From Felis catus (Eukaryota): a stretch of 64,000 nt of DNA. How positions within the stretch are numbered: the stretch's first letter is position 1; each line of letters begins with the position of its first letter. The stretch spans positions 27,034,001-27,098,000 of the forward strand of contig NC_058383.1 of assembly GCF_018350175.1 (NCBI RefSeq), given 5' to 3'. This document shows positions 1 to 11,562 of the stretch, one piece after another. Both the position numbers and the translations under genes were made by a program. The notes below the pieces were generated by a model. It did no database searches. It had not been told where the DNA came from and saw only the letters and a program-made list of their open reading frames with translations.

Positions 1-65
1 ATGTAAATAAATGAGCATGTGTTCCAGTAAAACTTTATTTACAAATACAGGCCAAGCCCTTGTGC
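1..65 (-). mobile_element. MER58A-like hAT-Charlie DNA transposon fragment
   Basis: atgtaaataaatgag...gttccagtaaaactttatttacaaatacaggc is the reverse complement of the MER58A left part. Confidence 0.65.
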
Positions 66-2734
66 ATCAGTTAGCATCTGAGCTGACAGCAACAGAAATC
101 GCTGTTTCGTTTAATGAGGCAAGGAGTTTATTACCTTCCCTTTGCAGGCTCCCACTGAGCGTATTGGTACCATGGGCCATTGCCTTGTCCAGTGTTACTG
201 ATGCTTTAAGAACAGCCCAAGTCTCCTTTCTGCCAAGCCATCTCTGATGTCCAATCTGCATCTCTGATCTCAGCTGGAAGGAAACAAAAGGGATGTGTTC
301 CATCTCTGCCTGTGTGGTGTCTGATGCACGTGAGCAGCCCTCCTCTGAAGCTGGAAGATGTCTACACACATGGAACTCCTAAGAGACCAAGAATGCTGGC
401 AAGGCATTCACATCTGAGTGAGTGCCACCCTTCTGCATCACTCACATCAGCAATACCTGCCCTGTGCTAGGGTTGATAGATCCAGACAATACGCAGAGCA
501 CCCGGGAGAGGTTCAGGCTCAGCCAGCCAAGTCAGCAAGTCTAGAACAAGGACCATATGATTCAGCCCAACTCAGGGCCAAACTCATCTTCCCCAGATGC
601 CAGAAAATCCAGATCTCCAAGAAGTGAGACTTTGCCAAATTTGATGTAACTATTAGTTTGAGAGAACAGCGGCTGAGTGTCAAAAGTAATCCAAAATGTG
701 GTCTCTTGGATGAGAGCTGGGACGTGTTTCATGAGGGAACTGATGCACATTCTTTCTCCAAAGAATTCCTTGGGCCAACCTCCTTCTACTCCTAACCCCC
801 AGTAAGCTCTATCAGACACACACATGCATGCAGAAAGGTTTTGTTAAAGGATATTTCTCATGCACATTTCTGGAACCTCCAGAAAGCCTGACTGGAGGCC
901 ATGGGATCAGGAGCATCCCTGAAATTATACTGCAGCCTTGGGTGGGTGGAGTTGCCATGTTGGCTGCCCTGGACCAGACACCATGGTTTGACTGCAGGGC
1001 ACGGGGCATGGGATGCTGTTGTTAAGAATCTCTGCCTTTCTTGCCTCTGGAAGCCGAGCATTCCTGTTGCCCCTCTCTTCAGAGTGGATTCCCGCAGCAA
1101 CCAGCTCCCATTTCCAAGTCTTGCCCAGGCCCAGCTGATTGGTCGAGTTGACTTGTGTGCCATGTGCCTGTGCCCTTGCTGCAGAGGCTGCTGGGAAGGA
1201 GTCTGAAGGTTCTGTCCTAAAGTAGAGAAACCTCCCAACAAAGGAAGAATATGCAAAGGAGCAGAGTGGTCAAAAGGAATTTTAAAATGCCCACTGTACC
1301 TTCTAAGACAGCTTTTTGTGTGTCTGGGGCCCTGTCCACCGTTCCTTCTACTTTTCCTCTCTTCGCAGATTAATTTCAAGTGTTCACCCGCATTCTGTAC
1401 GTTCTTTAGCCCTCAAGTGCCACTCCTACATCTGGCTTTTCAGGAGCTTAGTTTCTCCTAAGAACAGAATTCAGATTACTAGTAGTGCAAAATCCGCCTT
1501 CCTGTTTCCTGAGGAGAAGGGAGACTTCAATTTCTAAAAACTCATGGCAGGAAGCAAAAAAAAAAAAAAAAAAAAAGAAAGCGAGAATGTGAGTTGAGCA
1601 ATTCATATTGTAACACAGGTTAACTTCAGCTCATCTAAAAATCAAAATTGAAAGCAAATTGGTTTAGATTGCAGCAAGACCGCTTTCTGGTTTTCAGGCC
1701 TGTGGCAACATGGAATGTCTTTCCCGGAGGTCCTTCGGGAATTGGCTGGATCCACCAGGCTGGCCGGCATAATTATATGACCTAGTTGTGTGTGGAGATA
1801 AGAGGAGTAGATGAGATGGCTTTCGCGTGTCCCTGCTAGCCTTGCTGACGTACCGTTGCTGTGCACTACCAGCCTATGTGTGCTGACAGTGCAAAGCGAG
1901 ACATTCCAGTGAGCACAGGCACACAAGTGCATGCGTGTCCGGTGGGGGCGGCAGAGTCAGCTGGCGCCAGGAACAAAGGACCGATTCTCGGGATGGGTTA
2001 GCTACTGCCTGCTATCCCTTCTCCAACCCAAATAAGTTGGGTGACTGCTAAAGAAATGGAAATAGCCAAAGAGAAAAGTTGCAAGGGGCGGGGGGGGGGG
2101 TGCTCTTAATATTTTCTCTGACTCTTACTTAAACATTGGCAACTTTCCTGAGACTATAAATACGATTGGGGCTCAGCCATTTCTCTCTTTGTAGTCTGTG
2201 AAAATTAACTCAGTCCACAGGCATTGCAATCACCGCCAAAAACCTCAAGTGTGGGCTCTTCCTCCACACTGACAAAAATAACAGTTAATTAGGCTGCAAC
2301 ACCCAAAGGAAAGTGAACTTACACCACCAATCGCAGGGCGGCATGCAGAATGTCGCCATGACAACCGGCATTTACAGCTCTTCAATTTTAATATATCAAA
2401 GGCTAGGGATAATTTCCCAGTGAGAATACACGAGGGTGGATTTTTCCCCCCCTCCTCATTCTTTCTGCCAGTCTTTTGCCAGCACGGGAGCTCTATTCCT
2501 GTGGCAACAGGTTTAAAAGGAAGAGAAGCCTTGTGAAAGCATCGAACACCTGGGGTGGTTCTGGAGATGCCATATGCCCCAGGAAGCCCAGGGAGGATGG
2601 GCACAGCATCCTTCCTAGAGTGTGGGCTGGGGGGAAAGAAGTCAGGCAAGTGAAGTGTGAGCTATGGACCTTCTCCCCTGATTCCAGGTGAACTTGCTGT
2701 TTTCATGAACTTCCTTCCCTCCTTCCCACACTGC

Positions 2735-2791
2735 CTGCCTTCCTTCCTTCCTTCCTTCCTTCCTTCCTTCCTTCCTTCCTTCCTTCCTTCC
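2735..2791 (+). repeat. (CCTT)n microsatellite
   Basis: Tandem ccttccttcctt run. Confidence 0.95.
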
Positions 2792-3104
2792 TCTCCCCTC
2801 CTTCCTTCCCACCCTTCTTGCTTTGTTGAGTGCTTACTCTGTTCCAGGCACCTGATGGGCATCACCTCAGTTATTCTAGACGACTACACTGTGACTTAAA
2901 TATTCTTTTACACACAAGGGCACTGAGATTAAGAGAGGATGAATGCCCTAATCACACAGTCACTTGCAGAACCTGAATTTGAACCAAGTCAGACCTCACA
3001 ATTCAGAGCCCTTGTACTTTCAGTCTTCTCAGTATTATTAAAAGGAACTGTCTATAAAAAGAAGTGAATAAATTTGTTATTATCACCATTGCCCTCACTC
3101 ACCA

Positions 3105-3503
3105 TGTGTTAGTCAGCTGTTGCTGCATAACAAACACCTACAGAGTCTCGATGGCATACAATAAGAAGTGTCAATTTCATTTTGGTAAAGAGTGGCTCTG
3201 ATCCCCCCGTGTGTTTATTCTGGGGCCCAGGCTAAAGGGGAAGCCACTACCCAGGGACAGCTCTTCTTACAGTGATGATAGAGTCGTACAGGGGTATGCC
3301 TAACCACACGTGCACATTACACATTCCTCCTGTGTCATGTCTGCTGATAGTCCCATTGGCCAAAGCAGGTCACATGGTTGAGCCCAAAGTCAAAGAGTAG
3401 CAAAATATACCCTCCCTTTTGTGGGAGGAATTGCAGAGTTTCATAGCAAGAGTGTAGATACAGGGAAGGGAGAAGAACTGGGGCCCAAAAGATCGTTCTA
3501 CAC
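3105..3503. mobile_element. MLT1-type MaLR LTR (old)
   Basis: Starts tgtgttagtcagctgttgctgcataacaaac and contains cccattggccaaagcaggtcacatggttgagcccaaagtc, typical MLT1 motifs. Confidence 0.7.
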
Positions 3504-4191
3504 AGTTAGCCTCACCACTATCATCCTTCTCCTCATCAACTTCATTACCTTTGTGGGCCAGACTTATCTTTATCTTGATCTATGTTTAAGAAATAAGTGA
3601 TTTCTTTACAAGCTCTTTAAGAATGTTAGTCATGACTGGAGCAACTAGTCATTCAATGAGATGAAGGCTTCCATAAACATTTTCTGAAGAACCTTATATA
3701 TGGGTTTATCACAATTTTAAAAAGTATTGTGGTGATTGTGGTTCAATGTACTGTTTCTTTTGAATACTATGTGTTTTGCTTTATGCATCTAAAAACCTGT
3801 GTTTTTATCTGAGATAGGGTCCACCAAACAGTTGAACATTTCCTTTGCACTAAACATTTAAGATCCCTTGGTCTTCATCACGTTTCCCCTGGCATGAGAC
3901 CTCGACATGATTTGTGTTCACGGCCATGCACATTTATAGAAAGCTTTATAGTTTGCAAAGCTTCCCCTGACCCAGATCTTTACATATCGTCTTCATTGCC
4001 ATGGGGACCCACAGGTGTCATACCTACAGCTGAAGGTCAGGTTTCTAAAACCACTCCTAGTATTGAAAAGCTGTTCTGGTAAATGAGGCATTTGTCAGAA
4101 ATTGTGATAACTGAAGCATCTGAGCCTGATAAGTGAGGAGCAGTCAATTTTACCTTGAGAATAGTCTGAAAGTGTAAGAAAGTAGACTCTT

Positions 4192-4399
4192 CTCTTAAAG
4201 TTTATTTATTTATTTTGAGAGAGAGAGAGAATGAGCAGGGGAGGGGCAGAGAGAAGGGGAGAGAGAATACCAAGCAGGCTCTGCACTGTCAGTGTGGAGC
4301 CCGATGTGGGGCTCAGTCTCACAACCGTGAGATCATGAGCTGAGCCAATATCAAGAGTCAGATGCTTAACCAACTGAGCCACCCAGGCTCAGGTGCCCC
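4192..4399 (-). mobile_element. SINEC_Fc-type CAN-SINE
   Basis: tttatttattttgagagagag...ctgagccacccagg..gtgcccc; TSD a(g/t)tagactctt at 4181-4191 and 4400-4410. Confidence 0.92.
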
Positions 4400-5890
4400 A
4401 TTAGACTCTTTTTTGTTGTTGTTTTTTAAGAAATAAAAACTATTTAAATTTTGTATGCATCCTATAAATACCTACATTGTATTCTAAAAATACCTTACTT
4501 GTTCAGTAACAAATCTGAAATAAGGCAAATCTTGACCTGTGTATATTGATATCTACGGAAAATGCAGGATGATTTCTTTTAAGTTCAAGCCGGTACACTA
4601 AGCTAACAGAAGTCTGCCTGCTAGAGATCTTTAAAGCACCCACTTTAATGCACGGGTCAAGATGGAGGCACTGAAATGGGTATATCCATTTTGTTGACAA
4701 GTGAACAATTACAAAGTACTGTCAGAAAGTTTGCTTAAACATCCCCTTGCAATTTGTGTACATATACCATAACCCGGAGTAAAACATTTATTTGCCTTTT
4801 TTTTTTTGTAGTGTCTTATTCCCCCCTGTTTTCTCACATTTGGAGTGACACCTGCTACAGGTAGATGTTCAATAAATGTTAGTTGCATGAATGAACGAGT
4901 GAATGGTTGGATGGATGGATGGGAATGTTTGGAAGGGCACATCCCAGCTCTGGAATAGCCCAGCTGGGTTCATTGGGTGTGAATCTGTGAGTCCCCCCTG
5001 TGTGTAGGTGGCTGGGCAGAGAGAGGAGGGTGGACCTGGAGTGAACAGAAAAGCAGATGAAAAGACCAGTCTTGCTGCAGAGACACACTGGCACCAAGCG
5101 ATTATTTGTTTTCTCTAATACAATGTGAAGAGGGCTAATGGGATTAGCCTTTTGTGATGAATACTAATATGATATGAAAACAAATGCTAATATACAATGT
5201 GAGATTGCCAACAAAAGGAGAAAATTGCTAATAAAATTCAGTAGACCTCAGTGACAAATGCCTCGTACGTCCCTCTGGTCTGGCCGGGGCTGTCTCAGAG
5301 CCCAGGAGTGACAGTAGGCTGGGGAGAAACCACAGCATGTGCTTTGCTCGGTGATGGGTGGGTTCCCGTGGCTTCTTCCGAGATTGCCTCTGCGTGGGTG
5401 GGGAGTTGAGAGAAGGCACACAGAATACACACCGGCATGTGCACAAGGGCCTGTGGCACCTGGAGGACCCAGCTGGGAGGTCTCTGTAAGGAAGTTAGAA
5501 CGTGCCCCCCCCCCTTGCACTTTTGTGACAGGTCTTTGAGCTTTTCCAGAGTTCTGTCCAGTCTGTTGTGCTGGTTGGCCTTACTCGTAACTGTATGCAC
5601 TTGGTCAGGTAGCCATGCAAATGGAAATATAGACACCGAGAGAAGTGACTGCCTCTGGACATAGAAATAGTACCCTAGGGCAAGATTCTACTTCTAGATT
5701 CTGCCATTTCTTCACCTCCACCTTCTCTTCCTCCACCTTTTCCTCCTCCATCTCCTCCCTTTATCTCCTCTCCTGTCTCTTTTCATTCTTCTCCAAAACT
5801 CATCTTCTGTCCCTTTGCTTATGGCAGAAGATGGCTTAAATAGCTTAGCTTGGTTAACAGAAATTCAATCTGTACTATGCAGGAAGCAAC

Positions 5891-7945
5891 TGGGTTCTGA
5901 TCTCAGGTTCTGGGACCAACGATGGCCACACAGGGTGTTTTAACTCAGATGAACGATGAAGAGGACTCTTGCAAAGTGGAAACTAGATGCGGTTCTTCAA
6001 GTAAAGGAGCGATGGAGGGAACAGGAGGAAAAAGCGGAGAGAAGATGCTAAGATATTCTGATGACCATGATTCCCAGCACAATTGCCTTGACATGAGGGG
6101 AGTGGAGGGACCCCCCACATAGAAGTGGCCATGAGGAGCTCAGGACAGGAGAGGGGATCCACAGCAGGCAGAGGGGAGGATGGTGAGTCTTTGGCTGTCA
6201 AACCACCCCAGCAAATGTGTTCGAAAGAGAAAGAGCATCACAGGAAAGAGGAAAAGAGAAATGCAGGGACTGCGGCCGTTTGGAAGGGGGAAGCATGCTG
6301 GAGTGAAAGGAGAACAGGGACACAGAAACGACATTGAGGACAGGATAAAGTTGGCTGGCGATGGGAAAGCCAAAACAGGAGGGAGACGGCGAGAGAACAT
6401 TCCAGGAGGGAAAGGGACCGCCTTGAGCAGTTAGAAAGGAAGCAGGAGGAGGAGGCAGCAGAAGCAGTGGACGGAGTGGAGCACAGTCAGTGCAGGACTT
6501 GGAGGGTTGTTACTGCACGTCTCTGAACCTGCCAGAGAGGAGTGTGGCCCCGGAGCCAGAGTAAATACAGCCGCTGAGCTGGGAGAAGAGACACCTGCTG
6601 TCCCACCCACAGGGTGTCAGTGACAGTGGAAGGAAGACAGTTCAGCTGAGTCCTTGTCAGTGGAATCTTCCACGTGGAGGAGGGGGAGGAGGATGAAGAG
6701 GAGGAGGAGGGCCCTCCTGACACTCGTCTGAGCCGTGAGTGAAGAAGGAATGGAATGATGGACAGTGGCAGAATGGAAGCGTACCTCAGCTGTCCCGAGA
6801 CCGGGGCGGGGGGAGGGGCGAGGGCACCCCTCAGACAGCGCCCTAACCCAAGAGGACTTGGTGCGGAGGCTTGAGCCTTGTCACCACCGACGCACAGGAG
6901 CTGCTGCGGGGCCCCGGGTCACGCACCTGCCCCAGAGGGAAGCGGGCAGGTGCAGGGTGACCAGAACCCAGAGGGAACAGACTCTGAAGGGGCTGGATGG
7001 GGAGGAGGAGAAGCGCTTAACGGTCTGGGCGCTGAGGGAGGCGGCCGCCCTGCTCGGCACCCGGCACCCAACCTGGGCTCCCTGGGAGAGCGTCTAGTGC
7101 AGCGGCCCCGCATGGTGAGGAGGACCGCGGTGCACGACCTCGGCGGGGGGGTGGCGGTGGGGCCGTTCCCTTCCGTGGAGGCCCCTCGCAGCCCAGCTGA
7201 GGCACCGGGAGCACCTACCGCCGCCGGATCAAGCGCCGCAACCTGCGGGCGCCCAGCTTGCTGCCGAGCCAGCCAGCCGGCGTCCTCAAGGTGGGGGACT
7301 CTGGGCCGGCGCGTGTATGCGGGCCCCCAGTGAAGCCGACACTCTGGTCGCCGCGGTCTTGGGGTTCTGCGCCCCCGGCTGCTGCTTGGAGGCCAGAGTG
7401 CTCCACCCCCCTGGACAGGGCGTCGCGGGGAGGGTTGCTGCATCTCGGGCGGCTGCTGCCTCGGAAGCCACCCTTCCCTGGGAGGTTGGAAATATCTCAG
7501 GTCGACAAAGTGTTGAAGGAGCCGGGACCCCCAGGGAGAAAATCCGGCCCGGCTGTGATGACCTCCCCGCAGCCAAAAACCACGACGTTCATCAAGAGCC
7601 CCTGTACCAACCTCAGTGCTCAGACCCAGGCTTAACCTCATGAACGAGTTCGCCATCTAATATCTCTGAGGACTCCAGCTTGCCCGTGACCACCACGAAC
7701 CAGGGGGCCTCAGCTGTGGGGCCCCCGGCTTCAGCCTCAAGCTCTGAGGTTCTGAGTGGACCCCGGAGCGACCCCAAGGAGCGATGGGTGTTGAGGCTCG
7801 GCCAGGACCAGGGGCCGCTGCTGCCTGTAGGAGCTGCCATGGATCATAAGGGTCAAGTCTTGGTCTGCTGGTCTCGTTTGTTTTTGTTTCCTTGTTTTAT
7901 GTTGACTTGTAAAGTGAAATCACATTTTCCTTCCTGTAGAAAAGC
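5891..7945 (+). pseudogene. CDK11B: Processed pseudogene of cyclin-dependent kinase 11 (CDK11A/B, PITSLRE); ATG 5949, stop 7745-7747
   Basis: Intronless, frameshifted matches along CDK11: MNDEEDSCKVET~MGDEKDSWKVKT; ESLAVKPPQQMCSKEKEHHRKEEKR~DSLAIKPPQQMSRKEKVHHRKDEKR; SALTQED~SALTEGD; LREAAALLGTRHP~LREINTILKAQHP; RRNLRAPSLLPSQPAGVLKVGDSG~HRDLKTSNLLLSHAGILKVGDFG; KPPFPGRLEISQVDKV~KPLFPGKSEIDQINKV; TTTNQGASAVGP..GFSLKL*~TTTNQGASAAGPGFSLKF*. Multiple internal deletions. The A/B paralogue cannot be distinguished. Confidence 0.93.
6780..7560. promoter_or_regulatory. CpG-island-like segment inside the CDK11 retrocopy
   Basis: Visibly dense CpG and very high GC compared with the CpG-depleted flanks; GC boxes around 6803-6824. 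Function not shown. Confidence 0.55.
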
Positions 7946-9995
7946 AACATCTGCCTTATTCACCTGCTCCCTTCCTTCTCTTTCTCTCTGTCCTCCTGTC
8001 TTTATCCCAGCCCCTCGTCCCCCAGTCATCACCTTCCCCTCCACAGTCTCCTCCACTTTCCACCCCTGTGCTACCCTTTCTACCCCTGTGCTCCACTTTC
8101 TACCCCGTACCTCCCCCTCCATCCTCCCCTCCTTCAAATGCTCATCCAAGGCTCATTTACACGAGTAAAAACTCACAATTATTATGAGAACAGAATTTGG
8201 TGTGGGAACAGCCCATTTTGGAATCAAAATTAGAATGAAACCTTGGGTACTCAAATTCTTTGAAGATGGGTCACTTCTCTAAGCCTCAGTTTCCACCTCC
8301 GTAAAATGGGTTTCCTTAATGGCAACTCTAACTACACGTATATATCTCTGTGAACTATAATTGCAGCTATTCAAAAGTGGGCATGTGTGGGAAAGAAGGC
8401 TGAGGAGGGATATTGAGAAACTGAAAACGGCTTACTAGAGTGATTTTTTTTCTTTTTTCAAATAAAAAAATTTTTTTTCATTGTATTTCTGTGTTTCTCA
8501 GCCCTATCGGACCCAATGCCCTCTTTTTGTAACTATTATTTTGTGACATGCCCTTTAGTATCCAGAAATAAAAACCATAGATTCCATAGCTCCCTTGCAC
8601 ACCTAATTTCATAAAAACTCAATATATTGACCTCGTTGTATTATAAAGGAGAATGGAAGGGAAGTAATTTACATAAAATAGTATGTATTTCAACATGTAG
8701 CTGCTTGGCTGTGAATACAGAAGACATACCAAAGTAGGTGGGTGCCTACACTGATCTCTAGAATCGCCTCGAATGGGATGCCTACTGAAGCCATCTGATG
8801 CAGGCGTGCTTTGTTGAGGCCTCTGATACTTTGAGTGGCACTGCCACCAGTGCTGGGGGTTCCTGACACGGTGAACAATGGCTGGTAAACTTTTGGAATA
8901 AACAAAGTGAGATTTATCATTTAGTCCCGGATCTGGAAGCTTCAGTGTAAATTATGACTGAAAAATACTTTTGTATTTATAGCGAAAATCGAGTTTATCA
9001 GTAAGTCTTTTCATCAGCTTGAGGGTCCAGACAGAGAGACTTTGGGATGCCAGCTAGGATGTGGGGCAGTTCTGTGTGGGCTGAAGTTGTCCTTTCTATG
9101 GCATGGACCTGACCTCCTCAGTATTCATAGTGCCCTTTCCCCACCATTGTGACAACCAAGAGCGATCCCACACATTTCCAAAATAGCTTGAGACCACAGC
9201 TGTATTTTAATTAAAAAATAAAAAGCAAGCACTATGCTTTGGGAGGACTTTGACGACATCTGGGCTGGCATCACTGTCTCACTGAGGCTAAAAGCAAGTG
9301 AGGACAGTAGCACTGATCCCACATCCAGGAAATTGAAAGTGAATCAATTTTGTATCATCTAACCTGACAGGTTCGGCACGTCTCTCCTGTCACATTTCTG
9401 TCTGTCCTTGGAGTCGCTGTACAGAATCTGCACAGATCCGTGTTGTTGCTAATAGGATTTGTCTCACACTAAGCATTCAGTTTCCTGTTCTCTGAGACCA
9501 AGGTGTATGCTCTCCTCTCCTTCCTGAGCCCAACGTTCATTGTATTTCAGCTAACAAAATAATTCCCTGCCAGATGGTGGGGGGGGGGGAGAAACATGGC
9601 CCCTGGGAGAGATGATGGTGCTGTCACCAAAGGCTGGACTGGTCAGTACCAGTTTGGATTAGAGCCAGGCATTGCTAAGGTGAGACTGTCAGTTGAGTTT
9701 GCAGCAGGCAGTCCCATGTGGGCAGAGCAGACTCTCCAGGACGCAGGAACTCCCCAGCAGCAAGCAGGCTTGAGTCCATGCATCGGGCCCACAGAAGCCT
9801 TTTCTGACATCAGTGTTCTGTCTGCTTCAGAGTTGGGGGAATTTTAGTAGGGCTTGGGATTTCAGAAGGAAAAAGTGCCACTCACATTGCGAATTTAAAG
9901 TTCCTGATAGAAAGCTCTCTCTTCAGCCTTCTGATCCCAGCACGATCCTGGAGGCTGAATCCTTCATTCCAGGCATCTTTCCTGAGCTGTATTAC

Positions 9996-10608
9996 TATTA
10001 AAAACAAGACAACAGGGGCGCCTGGGTGGCTCAGTCGGTTAAGCGTCCGACTTCAGCTCAGGTCATGATCTCACGGTTCGTGAGTTCAAGCCCCGCGTCG
10101 GGCTCTGTGCTGACAGCTCAGAGCCTGGAGCCTGTTTCAGATTCTGTGTCTCCCTCTCTCTCTGTGACCCTCCCCCATTCATGCTCTGTCTCTCTCTGTC
10201 TCAAAAATAAATAAATGTTAAAAAAAAATTAAAAAAAAAAAAAACAAGACAACAGGCCCCAAAAGAGTCACTAATGCTAACCGAGGCTTGATTACAATTT
10301 CAGCTCTCCCAGAAATGGAGTCTTAAGCTGGCCAATCAGAAATTGCCTGATCAGTACTAGCCAAGTCATCTGCCTGAGAGACCTGGTCATCCCCTAAAGG
10401 AAAGTGACCTTTCCACAACCAAACCACTTTTTTGGTCTAGTGTAACTTCTTTGTTCCCGCTTCCTTCTGCCTACAAAAGTCTTTCGTTTTCTATAGCTCC
10501 TCAGACTTCCTTTTTAGCTGCTAGATTGGATGCTGCCCAGTTCGTGAATCATTGAATAAAGCCAATAAGGTCTTTAAAATTTACTCGGTTGAGTTTTGTT
10601 TTCTAGCG
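9996..10608 (+). mobile_element. ERV1-like solo LTR, interrupted by a SINE
   Basis: Same family as 12628-13455 (reverse-complement match); AATAAA near 10556; candidate 4-bp TSD TTAC/TTAT. Confidence 0.7.
10015..10240 (+). mobile_element. Young full-length SINEC_Fc
   Basis: ggggcgcctgggtggctcagtcggttaagcgtccgacttc... with CT tract and A tail; perfect TSD aaaacaagacaaca at 10001-10014 and 10241-10254. Confidence 0.97.
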
Positions 10609-10840
10609 TTATTTTTGGACTGTTGCCTGTTCTTTAGAATCTGAAAGAAAGGTACAGTCTTGGACACCCCCTTCCCTCAATTTCGTCCAAAGTATTGTCT
10701 TGTAACATTTTCCTATGATGAATTCCATCCGGTCACTTAAATGTTCGCTAAAGGTAATCCATCATTTCAAAGCAAAGATCCTAGATCTGAGCAAAGTGGG
10801 GTTGGCATGTGTTTATGTGTGCTGACACACGCACACACAT

Positions 10841-10841
<1 letters not shown>

Positions 10842-10876
<35 letters not shown>
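10842..10876 (+). repeat. (CA)n microsatellite
   Basis: Pure CA run. Confidence 0.95.
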
Positions 10877-10878
<2 letters not shown>

Positions 10879-11019
10879 GAAATTATGCCCTGTTTTCTCT
10901 AGGATTTGATGTTACATGAGCCCTGGTACATATCCTTGAACCTCAGCTTAGTCTCTTTAACAAATCATGTATCCTCTCTGAGGACTACTCCCTTTACTTG
11001 TGAAATAGAGGCAATGAGT

Positions 11020-11562
11020 GTTGTAGGGGAGGAAAATAATGTTGTGACAAGGGGTCTACCTCTAGAGATTATACCCTTCTAGATTCTTGGCTGAGACCCC
11101 AACTCCCTGAAATAAAAGACAGACTAACAGGAGAAAGACAAATAGAAGTTTAATGACATATATACCTCCTGTATACATTGAGAGATACCAACGAAAACTA
11201 CCCAAACTACCACCTCAGACACCATCTTCAGCTAAAACCAGAAGGTGTTGGGGTAGGTAGGGGGAGGCCAGTTATGGGAGTTTACCAGGAAAAGCAGGGT
11301 AAGGGTGTTGTGCAGATGCAGGTTGTTCCCTTATCCATTGGCAAGAGCTTCTAGAAATCTAGTCACCCACTTCCTAGGACAGAGGGGGAGACCCCCTTAC
11401 AAATGGAGATTTCCCTTATAAGTGTAAATATCTCTTAGGAAAGGGTAATGCCTCTGTTTTCTGATATTTTCTCGTGTCTGCTGTCTCTCAAAAATAATCA
11501 GCCTAAAATAATCTTTGTGCCACAGATGCAGATCTGGGGTGGCATATTGTGCTCCCCCCTCA
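11020..11562 (-). mobile_element. ERV1-like solo LTR
   Basis: TG...CA bounded; ends ctcaaaaataatcagcctaaaataatc...ggggtggcatatt, typical of MER4-group/carnivore ERV1 LTRs. Confidence 0.55.

Noticed and set aside
7258..7635. Plus-strand ORF with kinase-like motifs as a functional kinase
   Set aside because: Homology switches frame repeatedly, the catalytic Asp and DFG motif are lost, and it starts at TTG.
6919..7656. 245-aa minus-strand ORF, the longest in the track
   Set aside because: It is antisense to the CDK11 pseudogene. The Pro/Arg/Gly/Ala-rich composition and lack of stops are explained by extreme GC content, and it has no recognisable domain.
10015..10100. tRNA-like A/B-box sequence
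   Set aside because: It is the tRNA-derived head of a CAN-SINE, not a tRNA gene; the same applies to the other SINE heads.
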